Under the pieces are notes generated by a model that saw only the letters and a list, made by a program, of their open reading frames with translations, made no database searches and was not told the origin of the DNA. From Lama glama (lineage: Eukaryota): 64,000 bases of DNA. Below, piece after piece: positions 1 through 12,244 of the stretch. Location: positions 60,824,001-60,888,000 of the forward strand of contig CM052816.1 of the NCBI GenBank assembly GCA_028534125.1. Reading direction: 5' to 3'. The position numbers were made by a program, and so were the translations under genes. Positions within the stretch are counted from its first letter, which is position 1. Every line of letters begins with the position of its first letter.

Positions 1-300
1 CAAGATTACCTCATGTTACAGAGTGCCAACTGAAGTTCCAGCCATTTTGTCCTGCTTCCAAGTAATAACAAGAAGGATGGGGAGTGTCCCTCTGACAGGT
101 CAGCTTCCTTTAAGGAGCCATCCCAGAAGTTTCACTCAAACTTTTGCTTACATTTCATCGTCCATAATTGAGTTTTATGGTCATATCTAGCTGCAATATA
201 GACTTTCAACTGGGTGAAATTCTGCCCCCAAAGTAGGATTCCATTACTTAGGAAGACAAAGGAATGAAAAGTTGGGAGATAGCCAGTTATCACTGCTGAC
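1..300 (-). mobile_element. MaLR LTR fragment (MLT1J-like)
   Basis: Resembles the reverse of recalled MLT1J (ccagccat...cccagaagt...gcttacatttcat...tagctgcaa...ttaggaaga); highly diverged. Confidence 0.7.
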
Positions 301-849
301 TACAGAACTTGTGCACTTACCCCATCCCATTCTGGCTCTAGAGTTCTCACTCAGGCCTTCTGTCTGCCTCACAGGCTGGCAGCCTCAGGTTGTGCTTCAC
401 TCTGCAAAGTAGTCTTCTGCACGAGTGCCATACAGGGCATTTCACTAGGATCTCTTCTGCTCCCAACTTGTACCTCCACCTAAACGTGCTCCCTCACCCG
501 TAAACACACATTCACACATGCCCCAGGGCTCCAGCCAGAGCAAGCACGGTCAGGACCCATGTGCCACCAAGTCTTCCCTGGATTTCATCCCTTTCTTCCC
601 ACAACTCCAGGGATGGAAGAAAGAGGATTTCCACTCCCTCATCCTCTTCATCCCTGCCCTTCCTGTACACCCACAACGCACAGCACATAGCCCTGCCTCC
701 TTTTCCCAGACACAACTGAGGGGGGAATGGCCGCCAGGCACTAAGCAGGAAAAAAATGAAAATGCACTGGCTTAATATTTTGAAAATATTACCCTGTTAC
801 ATCTATATTCTTTTTTATTTATCGAGCACATGCGAAGTATATAGCATTT

Positions 850-975
850 TTAATGAGTAATAGGGTTGTCACGGGAATCAAAATGAGATAAAATATGGAA
901 ATCTCTTGCCACGACACATGGCATATTGAACATGCTTAATAAATGTTAGCCATTATTGTTGTTATTATTATTTAA
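850..975 (+). mobile_element. MIR SINE 3' part
   Basis: agggttgtcacgggaatcaaaatgagata...tggcatattgaacatgcttaataaatgttagccattatt matches the MIR tail. Confidence 0.75.
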
Positions 976-2239
976 ATAATAGTACCCAGTCTGCCTCAGT
1001 CTCTCTCTCCCATGCATGCCGCATGCAGAGCTCCGTCTCACACAGCGTTATGCTCAATCACAGCAGTTTCTGTTTTGCTTTGTTTCAAACCCCATTTTCT
1101 GGAAACAGAAGGAATTTCTTCCTAAGAAAAGGTGTACATACTACTGGGAGACCTAACTCCTAATTAACTTTGTTACTGGATGCCATGTAACTGTGAGCAA
1201 GTCACTGTTCTTTAGGGGAGAGGACTAATTGGAAGAGGAAAGATTGATGAAGGTCAGTGTGGATGGCGACATGGAATTATGGCTGGAGGCTGGGTCAGCT
1301 GCAGTCAGGTCTTTTCAAACCACACCTCATCGTGGACTCTAAATTATTTCTTATCCCCCGTGACCTCCCACACTTTGTGTGTTTGTGTAGCAGTAGCTCG
1401 AGAGAGCACATGAGTTGAATAAGGCAAGATGAGAATTGATCTATTGACAGTCAATCCAGGGGTGGCTCAGGGAGATGCCAGAGGCTCTGGACAAAACTAC
1501 ATTTAAGCAGATTTGAAAAAGAGTTAGGAGGAAAACAAGGATGTAAATTCAGTTGACTCGGGTGTATTTGGGTCTCAGAGCTCACCAGGTGCATTGGATT
1601 TCCTAGGGTGGAGCAGGAAATCCCCCGAGATTTAGAGCTGTAAATAAGGAGGTTTTTTAATGTAGGGAAAATATGACTGAGCAGATTTGCAATAGTTGCA
1701 GGTCAGTTACATTTAAGTAGAGCATGTAGCCGTCCAACAAGAATGTCAACAAATGCTTTAAATAGCCTCAGAAAGTATCATCGCCAGGACCAGCCTCCAC
1801 AGGGCAGGACTTTCTCAGACTCAGGGAATTTCCAGGTTGTAGTGGAAGAGCAGGGACGTTGAGATGGGAGGTGATGGGTCTTGGGGGACAGGACAGCGGC
1901 ATTACAGGGTTCAGCAGGAGCCTGGGGTTGGGGTTCTCTGAAGTCTCGAGGCAAATCTGTCCTCATTTCATCTAGTCTCCCACACAAACGAGCTGAATTC
2001 GGTGTAGTCAGCCAAATCCGGAAGTACTTATGTTGATATTACATTTCATGGGAAGACAGTGTTCCTAGTGGGAAAGCACTCTCATGGTAATGGCTAAATC
2101 CATCCACTATTGGGGAAAGGAACAGGAGGGCATGAATGTTGGCAGACCTGAAACCAACGCTCAGAATAGGTCAGGGAATGGATTTGGGAAATGTCAGATG
2201 AAGGCCTGGGTTTCCTAGTTGACACTAATGTATACTTAT

Positions 2240-2450
2240 TAATAGCTGATGTAGAATGACCCCTTACATATATCCTCTCACTTAATTTACACAGTAAATT
2301 TATAAAGCAGGTAATAATTATTATCTCCATTTTACAGATGAGGAAATTGAGGCACAAGAGAGGTCAAGAAGCTTACCTAAAATTACTGATTTTGTAAATG
2401 GTAAAGATTTGAACCCAAGGAATCGGACTCCAGAGACCCACGTTATCACT
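2240..2450 (-). mobile_element. MIR SINE
   Basis: Core motif ctccattttacagatgaggaaattgaggcac...gatttgaacccaagg. Confidence 0.85.
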
Positions 2451-3656
2451 GGGCTATGTCAAAAAATCACTATGTGTTAGACCAAAAATCCCGACAGTAA
2501 AATCTATAAATCAGTGAACTGATTCTTTTTACATTAGCTACAAAGTACTAGATTAGCATAAATTTCTGTAAGGTAATTTTCAGTTGATTACTTAACAGAA
2601 TTCTTAGCCCCACTCAGCGCTGTCCTTCAATGAGTAGGTTTTTTTCTGCATTTTAAAATAACTGCCTCTGATTTGTATCTTTAGCTCAGACGTATCTTTT
2701 CATTTTTAAGAGCCAGTGTCCAGGAAGTAAGTTCAGACCAACCAAAGGGTGATGGCTTACCCTCAAGTTGCACATTGAGCTCCAATTGTGTTTTGAGAGT
2801 TTCCTCTGACAGCCTAGAGACCCCCAGAATGCCGAGCGCAGAGCCTGATACCTTCCCAGTTACTGAACTGAAAGACTGAATAGAATCTAAGGGAATTTCA
2901 GAATCATATTTTCACTCATTGACTCTGAGAACTACCTTCTAGTAGCTGTAATTTTCCCCAAGAAATTTTAGCTTTATCGTCAGGGAAAAAAAAATCATCT
3001 AAGCTCTTTTGTGTTCATGTTTTACAACTCATTTTGAGAATTAATATTTTATAAGAAAATTATTTTGATTCAAAATGTGACTTTTAAAAGCTTTATGGCA
3101 TTCTTAAGTGTAACTTGCACTATGCCTTGGGGCCAGTAGCTTTTCTAGAGGAACACATTGTAGTTCATTGATGTATTGCACCCCTTGTGAATGTACCTTC
3201 ATATTCTGAGACTGAAACAAGAGAAATTATTTTCTGTACATAATTTACTACCTTCTTTCCACCTCTACCCCTCCTTTTCCCTGGCTGCTTCTTTTTTTCT
3301 TTTTTTCCTTTCAGTGCAAAATAAAATAACCACCTTTACCAGTAAAAGAAAAAAAAAGTCACATTTTAACCAAGCCAAAGTTAAATTAAAAGAATTGGAA
3401 GCTACTCATCAAGACCTGGGAAGGTAGATGTGAAAAACTATCCTCTCAGTTCTACACCAGTCTAATGCCCTTCCCTCCTGATTATTATTTTCCTTCTTTC
3501 TCCCCTGGTCTATGATGAAATGGTTGATCTCATTTTCTACCTTCCACATGACAGACAGGCAGGCATTGACCTTCCACTGAAGTAGCTGCCTGATGCTCTT
3601 CTAAAAGGTCTAGAATGCTAAAGTCCTCAAATGAAAACTCAAGATGCTCAAGTTTC

Positions 3657-4117
3657 TGTATCAGTTAGTTAATGGTGCATAACAAATGACCTTCAAACAC
3701 AGTGGCTTAAGACAAAAACTATTGATTATTTCTCATGGTCTATGGATTGAGTTGGGGGACTGGCTGATTCAAGTTAGGTTTGGCTTATCTTAGCTGAGCT
3801 CTCTCATGCATCTGTGATCAGCTAGTGGACCAGCTGGTCTAAATGGCTTTGTATGAGGCAGCTCTGCTCTCCTCCATGTATCTCTCACACCCTTCTTATG
3901 GGCCAGCCCAGCGTGTTCTCAGATAGTGGCAGGGATCCAAGAGGAAAGGCACATGTGCTTTTCCAGCTTCTACTTGCACCAAGTTTGTTAACATCCCATT
4001 GGCTAAGCCAAGTCACATGGTTAAGGCTGGAATTAAAGTAGGAGGGGACCAAGAGGGGGCAGACAGCCTAATGCTGGCAGACCAATGTGGAGGCTGTAAA
4101 CACAAACAATCTACCAT
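3657..4117 (-). mobile_element. MaLR solo LTR (old MLT1 family)
   Basis: Begins tgtatcagttag...cataacaaa...cagtggcttaagacaa; contains catcccattggctaagccaagtcacatgg; ends caatctaccata. Confidence 0.75.
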
Positions 4118-4170
4118 AGTTCCTAAATTAAAACCTGAAAATGAGCAAAAAGGGACATTTTGAAAGTAAA

Positions 4171-4805
4171 ATACAATTGTTCCTCATTATTTGCAGATTC
4201 CATATTTGAGAATTGTCTTACTTGTTAACATTTGTTTGTAACCTCAACCTCACTACTTGGGGCACTTTCACAGTTATTTCTGTACACGCACAGAGCAGTG
4301 GAAACTTTGATTTGCCAGATACATCCATGCTCTGGACTGAGGTCGAACAAGGTGATGCTCTGCATTCTTGTTTCAGCTTTCTACTTGCAAGCAAGTGTCC
4401 TTCTCATGAGATATTTAGTGCCAAGGTTTTCGCATCTTTGTCCTTTTCATTGGTAATTTCCCTGTTTAAAGTGGCCCCCAAGAGTAATGCTGAAGTACTC
4501 TCTGGTGTTCCCAAGCACAATAAGGCTGTGATGTGCCTTAAGGAGAAAATACACATGTCAGATAATCTTTGTTCACTGCTGTTGACCATGAGTTTAATGC
4601 TAATGAGTCAACAGCATATATTAAATAAGGTGTTTTTAAGCAGACAGACACATAAAACAAGGTTATATATTGATCAGATGAAAATGTTGTGACCAGAGTC
4701 TCACAGGAACATAACCCCATATTTCCCCTAGGAGCAATGATTCAATATGCACTAATTCAGTGTTTGCAGAGACTATAATTACCACAAACAATAAGAATCA
4801 ACTCT
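4171..4805 (-). mobile_element. TcMar-Tigger non-autonomous DNA transposon (MER82-like)
   Basis: Imperfect terminal inverted repeats (caattgttcctcattatt ... ataagaatcaactc). Interior aaggctgtgatgtgcctta, cataaaacaaggttatatattgatc and atttcccctaggagcaatg match recalled MER82. Confidence 0.85.
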
Positions 4806-5394
4806 GCTTCCCCTTTACTTTGGGATTCTAAAAAAGATTTAATCTTCTAAGAAAGATTTTAAGATAACAAAAGCTATCATCTTATCTCCATATATAATTG
4901 CACTCTTCTGAAAAGCAGACAAAAAACAACTCTCTTATGTAAAAATTAACCTGGACTCACACAAAGCAATCTTTTATTCTAAGCAAAAGATTTTAGGAAT
5001 GCACTCAGTAATGGATGAAAGGACACATATCAGCAAGATTCCTAATGGCATTCAATAAACAGTTATTCTAGCCGAGGCTTAATTTTGTAGTAAATGGATG
5101 AAAACTCTCAAGGAACAATAAAGATTCCAGAGAGTAAACTAGGATTCAAATGTGTTTATGAGTTTTTAAATGAAAATACTGAGCAAGAGAGAATGGCACC
5201 ATCATAAAATTATTCATATAATGAAAGCCAAGGAAAAACAGGATTCAACATGAATACAGTTTTCAGGAATGCATCTATTAAATGTGGAAGTTCAAAAGCA
5301 CTTTGTCTTGTTAGAGCACATGGTATCCCCAAAGAGCTTTGAGCCCCACATTTGAGCTTCAACGTTGGTATGATGATAAGGCCAGAGAGCCCCG

Positions 5395-5855
5395 TGTTTA
5401 AAAGCTCAGTCTGTGCAGTCAGTCAGACCCAGGTTTGGGTACTGGCTTCACTTCATTGGCTGGTGACATGGCAAAAGACACTCCCTCTGTGGGCCCCAGT
5501 TTCTTCATTTGTAAAATGGGAGTAATAAGAGTAATAATACGAATGTAATCAGACATTTTACGAGTGCTGACCAGATCCCTGGTACCCTGTTGGGAGCTTT
5601 CCTTGCAATGCCTCCTTTAATCCACACCACAGTCCTCCAAGGTGGGTGCTATCACTATTCCCCATGTTGTGCATGAGAAAATAGAGGCAGAGAGAAGCCA
5701 CACGATCTTGCAAAGAATTAGAATTGGCAGAGTCAGAATTTCATCCTAGGAATATGAGTCTACCTTCTTCATGATACTGTTTGTGAAAATTAAGTGAGAT
5801 GCATATAAGATGCTCAGCACAGTGCTAGGCATGTAATAAGCACATTTAATAAGAA
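5395..5855. mobile_element. Cluster of MIR fragments in both orientations
   Basis: Plus-strand cagtttcttcatttgtaaaatggg and minus-strand gcatgagaaaatagaggcagagag, followed by a plus-strand MIR tail. Confidence 0.75.
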
Positions 5856-6749
5856 AGACTTTTTAAAAAGGCCCTTCCCCCACTCCCACTGTAACCAGCA
5901 GATCTGCAGTACATAGTGGCTGTGTAGGGGAGTTGCAGGGAGACCCTGCGGATGCTGGATTCTACTCCAGTTGAAAGCACCACAGGGAAGAGTCGTAACT
6001 CCCCAGGGAAGGCATTCCAAACAACCCCCTGGAGAAATTTCTGTTTGTCTTCCTGAACGAAGGATAATACATAACGAGTTGGGAGGTCAGAGTCAAGAGT
6101 TGTGTTTAAACAATCTCTCTCAATGAGGTTAAAACTGTCAGTGGTTTATCTCAACCCTTCTCGAATCTGTTTGTTTAATCCATCTAATGTTGTTAACTTA
6201 TTTTTTGTTCCAATCTCAGAAATAACTATATTGTTTTTATGGAAAACATTTTAAGTACAGAGTGAAACCAGCTGTTTAAGCCAACCTTCCGACAGGCCAA
6301 AACAGAACACACTTTGGTATCTCCGGGGTTTTCATCCTTGTCGTAGCAAGGGGAACGAGGGAGAAAACGAAGATACCTGGAATATCATTTTCATTTACAG
6401 AACTTTCTCTCCCATTTTAATACCTGTTTAATCAAGTTGCCCCAGCCATGTTTCTCCTAGTCCTGTACTTTAAGGTCAGGCAGACATAGGCATGAACAGG
6501 AACTACTGATTGTTCTTTCACCTTCAGCAAACAAGACCCCTCCTGGCTCTGCCCTCCATCCTAACTAAGCCTTCAGGGGATCCTGACAACTCAAGCAACC
6601 CTTAAAGTGGCAGAACACATGGAAGAAACAAAAAGGAAAGAAACTATTCCTTCATCTTGTCAGAAATCATGGGCTGGCCGGGACAGCCTGAATTATTCAG
6701 TATGCCCTGAGTGTGAGTCTTAAATTAGCAAGACTGACATAGAATGATG

Positions 6750-6990
6750 GATGCCAATATGGAAAACTGCCAGTCTATATTGCTAAGTAAGAAAATTCAA
6801 GCATGTGTATACTTTTTTACAGGTGTATATGTGTAAGACTCTTGATCCAGAATGATACACACAAAACTGGTAAGAGTGGTTACCTCAGGGGAAAGGGTTA
6901 AGTGTGGAGGTAGACTTGTTTCTCAACATACATCATTTAGTACTGTTTGAATTTCTTGTAAAGAATAACAACAATTGCTCAATAATAAAG
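6750..6990 (+). mobile_element. Ancient L1 (L1ME-like) 3' UTR
   Basis: atggaaaactgcc...atattgctaagtaagaaaa...gatacacacaaaactggtaagagtggttacctc...tactgtttgaattt. Confidence 0.7.
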
Positions 6991-7299
6991 AAAAATGTTT
7001 AAACAACTAATAATGAGCTGGAGGCTCTACTTGGAGACACAGTGACCTCCCATTTGGGTGATCTACTCTCCCCAAATGAGGAAGAGCAGAAAACGGAAGA
7101 GAGATGTGCCTTCAGGCCAGAAGGAAAATCTGAAAAGAGTTCTGAGAAGACATTTCCCAGATTGACATTCATGGCTTCCCCTATTACCATCCTCCTGTGT
7201 AGACCTGTCTCCTCCTCCTGTTAGGATAAAGAATGCAAAATGGGACCCATGCAAAGATAGCACCTAACAAGTAAGAAACAAATCTACCAAATGAGAGCA

Positions 7300-8620
7300 G
7301 ATTAAAAAAAAAACTATTCAGAAAAAGAATCACTTCAGAAAAGAGAAGAAAATGTCATATACTTAACCCTTTTTTAAGGAAGGAGAACTTAGGTTGTTTG
7401 GGAAGAGACAGAGAGAGAAAAGAAAGGAAATCAGACAATCAAAGATTAGAGTATGGAACAACAAATAGAAATAAAATATAAGCTGAAGTAGCATTGGAAA
7501 AAAATTTAAGGTAACAATAAAAGCATAGGAATGAAAGTCACATTAGGGGCAGCAAGAAGAACAGACAATACTGAAAACACAGCTAGGGGTACAGAAGTAG
7601 AGGTGTAGCTGGAGGAACTTACATAAAAAGAAATGAAAAAGAATTTTTAAAAAATGAGACGGAGTATAGAGAAGATGACAAATAGGTGAGAGGTTCATCA
7701 TGTGTACAGCTGAGATTCCTAAAGTGGAGAACAGAACAAATATTCATAGATAACAAAAAAAGAAATTTTTTCTGAAATAATGGAAAATATTAATCCACTG
7801 ATTAAAATCTGCAGAAAATAGAATTTTTGTTCAAGAAAAAATACAGTCTCAAATTTGGGCCATATCTTAGTGGAGACTATGAATTTCAAGAATAAAAAAA
7901 AAAAAAACCCTAAAAGTATGTTTCCCAAAGAAGAAGATGGCTTACCTGAGCCTTCTCCATACCAACATTCAATACAAGTAGTGGGTGAAACAATATCTAC
8001 AGAATTTTGATGGGGAAAATGTGTGGCCCAAAAAATATATGCTTTATGTAAAGATAGTTTTAATAATGCAAAGAATCTGATAACACATCACTTATGAGCC
8101 CTTCCTAAAAAATATCTGAAGTCATATCATGATGAGGAAAGCCACAGATGAAAGGACTGTTGGTGACCACTGAGTGTGTAATTACGTTTCCAGAGCTTAG
8201 TTATGTATAAGTTATAAATCTTGGTAATACAAAAAAAGAAAAAAAAAAGAAAAGAAAAAAAAAGTGAGATGAGGGGAAGAAACTGGAAGGAAGTATGAAA
8301 TATAAATTTTCCTCTTTTTTCATGATGAGGTGTAAAACTGTCCAACATTGATAAAACAAGAAAGAGGTTTAACTATCAAAGTTTCAAATATTATCATAAG
8401 TGGGAAGACAAAGCAAAACAAAGAATGCACAGAACAAAGAGCCAAAAAAGTTTAAGGCAACAATATAAATGGAAAACATAGATCTACTATAACCAAATAC
8501 ATATTGTGATAAAATTAAGTGCAACAAATATATATTATAAAAAATAAATGTAAATGAAATAGATACATATAATAAAAGAAAAAGACGGTCAGTCTGGATT
8601 AGCAAAACTCATCTATTTAT
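7300..8620 (+). mobile_element. Ancient degenerate L1 (ORF1 to start of ORF2)
   Basis: Strongly A-rich plus strand. L1 motifs include catatcttagtg...aatttcaagaataaa, gtgaaacaatatctacagaattttga and aataaaagaaaaagacggtcagtctggatt (ORF2 endonuclease start). No open frame. Confidence 0.65.
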
Positions 8621-8698
8621 CACGCTAATAGTGAAAACACAGGAGGCTTGCATAAAAATTAATGACACATTCATATCACAGAATACCTGACAGTCATT

Positions 8699-8776
8699 AA
8701 GAAAGAACTGGATATGTAAGAAATGTTGTGGAAAGTAATCCAATATAAATTAACATAAAAGTACCGCAAGAGTAAT
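8699..8776 (+). repeat. 78-bp direct repeat, copy 1 (putative TSD)
   Basis: Matches 9929-10006 with 4 mismatches. Confidence 0.9.
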
Positions 8777-9928
8777 TTGAAATAGAAATGGCAATTAAAA
8801 ACCTCCCTANNNNNNNNNNNNNNNNNNNNNNNNNNNNNNNNNNNNNNNNNNNNNNNNNNNNNNNNNNNNNNNNNNNNNNNNNNNNNNNNNNNNNNNNNNN
8901 NNNNNNNNNNNNNNNNNNNNNNNNNNNNNNNNNNNNNNNNNNNNNNNNNNNNNNNNNNNNNNNNNNNNNNNNNNNNNNNNNNNNNNNNNNNNNNNNNNNN
9001 NNNNNNNNNNNNNNNNNNNNNNNNNNNNNNNNNNNNNNNNNNNNNNNNNNNNNNNNNNNNNNNNNNNNNNNNNNNNNNNNNNNNNNNNNNNNNNNNNNNN
9101 NNNNNNNNNNNNNNNNNNNNNNNNNNNNNNNNNNNNNNNNNNNNNNNNNNNNNNNNNNNNNNNNNNNNNNNNNNNNNNNNNNNNNNNNNNNNNNNNNNNN
9201 NNNNNNNNNNNNNNNNNNNNNNNNNNNNNNNNNNNNNNNNNNNNNNNNNNNNNNNNNNNNNNNNNNNNNNNNNNNNNNNNNNNNNNNNNNNNNNNNNNNN
9301 NNNNNNNNNATGACCCAGGAATCCCACTCCTGGGCTTATATCCAGAAGGAACCCTACTTCAGGATGACACCTGCACCCCAATGTTCATAGCAGCACTATT
9401 TACAATAGCCAAGACATGGAAACAGCCTAAATGTCCATCAACAGATGACTGGATAAAGAAGATGTGGTATATTTATACAATGGAATACTATTCAGCCATA
9501 AAAACCGACAACATAACGCCATTTGCAGCAACATGGATGCTCCTGGAGAATGAAGTAAGTGAAGTAAGCCAGAAAGAGAAAGAAAAATACCATATGAGAT
9601 CGCTCATATGTGGAATCTAAAAAACAAAAACAAAAAAACAAAGCATAAATACAAAACAGAAATAGACTCATAGACATAGAACACAAACTTGTGGTTGCCA
9701 AGGGGGTGGAGGATGGGAAGAGATAGACGGGATTTTAAAATTGTAGAATAGATAAACAAGATTATACTGTAAAGCACAGGGAAATATACACAAGATCTTA
9801 TGGTAGCTCCCAAGAGAAAAAAATGTGACAATGAATATATATATGTTCATATATAACTGAAAAATTGTGCTCTACACTGGAATTTGACACAACATTGTAA
9901 AATGATTATAAATCAATTAAAACAAAGA
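8777..9928 (+). mobile_element. Lineage-specific 5'-truncated LINE-1 (ORF2 remnant, 3' UTR, A-tail) spanning an assembly gap
   Basis: The left piece translates EIEMAIKNLP (ORF2 just before KKSPGPDGF). The right piece 9311-9620 translates [11 protein letters not shown]...[24 protein letters not shown]...[18 protein letters not shown] (ORF2 C-terminus). A 3' UTR and A-rich tail follow, flanked by direct repeats. Confidence 0.95.
8810..9309. other. Assembly gap (500 N)
   Basis: Run of N. Confidence 1.
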
Positions 9929-10006
9929 AAGAAAGAACTAGATATGTAAGAAATGTTGTGGAAAGTAATCCAATATAAATTAACATAAAATTACTTCAAG
10001 AGTAAT
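9929..10006 (+). repeat. 78-bp direct repeat, copy 2 (putative TSD)
   Basis: Directly follows the L1 A-rich tail. Confidence 0.9.
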
Positions 10007-10119
10007 GCATGTTATTTCATTTATATTTTACAAAGCATATGTTGTTCAAATACATATACATTTGCCTGCATAGATATGTGTATACATATGCATTTGCTAT
10101 GTGTGTGCGTGTGTTCAGT

Positions 10120-10335
10120 GTTATATCAATGGGGAAGGTGAGCTGGTAAGAGCACTCCGCCCCATAAGGAGGAGTATTTTACCCCTGACATTGTTTAAAA
10201 TTGCTGGTGTATGGTGCTAATAAAAAGCAGACTGACTTTAAGGAGGCTTCATTATTTTTTACAATTCTCTTCTAACAGTGCACCTCCTGATTGTCTGCAC
10301 CCAGGGTGGACCGTTCCACTCTCCTTGCTCTTGGT
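10120..10335. mobile_element. hAT-Tip100-type DNA transposon fragment (Arthur1-like; family uncertain)
   Basis: ggagtattttacccctgacattgtttaaaattgctggtg...ataaaaagcagactgacttt...tgcacccagggtggaccg resembles a recalled consensus end. Confidence 0.55.
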
Positions 10336-11105
10336 ATGCCTGTGTGTGTGTGTGCGCGTGTTTAGTAGCTGGATAATATACAACACACAGGTAATAGTGT
10401 CCACACCTAGGTGTGGAATTGGAGGATATGTGAAGTACAGACCACTTACCTTTTTCAGTACTATATGAAAATTTTTATGAGAATATATCTCTTTATAATA
10501 TACTTTTCATCAATAATAAAAATGAGAAGAGTATAAAAGAGCTCTACTTGGAAAGAAGCAGTCAATATACTTGAACACACAATGGAGTTTGGTGCTCCTG
10601 CCAGATAGAGCAAAACTGAATACACCTTGGGTTACATAGCGCTTACATCAAATAAAAGAAAGCATACTAGTTTACCTGTGCTCCAATATCTAGCCCAGCG
10701 CCTGGCACACAACAGACATTTGATAAAGATTTGTCATGAGAATTAATAAATTAATCCCATCAAAGAAGCTTTTTCCTAGTAAAGAATTTCAGGAAATGTT
10801 ATATGAATTGTATAATGAGTGACACTTCCAGAAACAGACATACAAAAGATACAAAAAACACTTGCAAAATCACCCTTTGCTGTATCAACTCTCAAGACTT
10901 TCAAAGGCATTACATTCAGTCTTCTCTCCTGCTAGAGCTTTCTTTAGGGAGCTCAAAAACATTAGTGTGCTGCTTCCTGGAAGCCTGAATTAATATACAG
11001 ATGGTGCTTAGAGGATGTAGTGAAACTGACATGGAGCACATCCCTTAGACTGGCTCTTTCAAGTGACAGATGTCTCAAGTGGACTTTAGCAATTGCTAGG
11101 TTGCA

Positions 11106-11124
11106 GACACCTTCTAGTGGCGTC
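11106..11124 (-). promoter_or_regulatory. Possible CTCF site
   Basis: Reverse complement gacgCCACTAGAAGGTGTC versus consensus CCASYAGRKGGCRS; imperfect match. Confidence 0.35.
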
Positions 11125-11870
11125 TCTTACAAGTGCATGAAGAGCCATTTGTTGTTACTGATATCTAAAGACTCATCCATTCTCTTTAGACACCTGGTGA
11201 GCTAGTGACTGAATCGATGTTGCATTCAGCTGTTTAAAAACTAATTTACTCATTCCTGTGATAGAAATAAAGCAGGTTCTTTTTCTTCTACACTAATGGG
11301 AGTTTGCACAGAGAGCCAGACTCACAGCATGGATAAATCCCAAGACAGCTTTCCTTCTGCCTCCCATTCGCCCCAGACCCAGTGGGGAACAAAGGGAAGG
11401 GGAGTGATGAAGTGAGGAGTTCAGGGTTACAGTTTCTCACAATTCTAAGCAGAATAATGCTCATACTGATGGTGCCATCTCAACATTTTATAACATCCCA
11501 GCAGGTAGGAGAGCAGTGGCAGGGACCCAGAGAAGTCCCTCTTCCTTAGGCTGACCCTATGGGATGCACGTTGGGCTTCTTCTCAAATGAGACCAACTGA
11601 GTTTGGTCCTGACTCTTACTGAGTGCTTACAAAACATACATACAACTAACAGACATTCAGACAGCAGTGTGTCCATCGTGGCATTAACACTTCAATTCAA
11701 ACTTCAGTATTCCAATGAATGTGCATCAACCAGGCTCATGTTTAAGGCTATCAGTTTTTCCTATTCTGCAGGACAGACTGGTGACCAAAGAAAGTTTCAT
11801 TATACAGTGGCATTTTCTTAGAAGGACCCAGTCCTTAGGGTGTTTCTCCAAGGATCCTTACCATAATAAT

Positions 11871-12244
11871 AATATCTTAATGAGAAATGACATGTTCCTA
11901 GAAAGATTATGTCTTGGCTGTACCACACTAATGGAAAAGCTTGGGATTTGGAGTTGGATGAATGGTGGGTTTTGAGTTCCAATTCTACCACTTTTCCAGC
12001 CAAGTGAGCTTGGGCAAGTCATTTAACGTCTTTTAGCCTTGGGTTTGTTTGTTTTCCTGTAGGACCGCAAATGGATAGAATTCAGTCATCACTATACTTG
12101 GTTCATGACACATTCTCACTAATTCCTCATATTGCAATGATTCATTCATATTATTGCATGCAGGTGATGTATCTTAAACTGCTGTATGATACCTCATTAT
12201 GTGGATGCAGACAAGGATCACTGATGTATGTGAGAGTTAGCAGT
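11871..12244 (+). repeat. Local duplication copy A (contains a MIR fragment at about 11950-12050)
   Basis: Aligns end to end with 25007-25380, roughly 80% identity by eye. Confidence 0.9.

Noticed and set aside
4213..4692. 159-aa ORF
   Set aside because: It lies wholly inside a MER82-like element, has a non-ATG start and shows no transposase motifs.
8671..9390. Long ORFs of 200-236 aa (also at 30267-30968)
   Set aside because: Artefacts of translating through N gaps.
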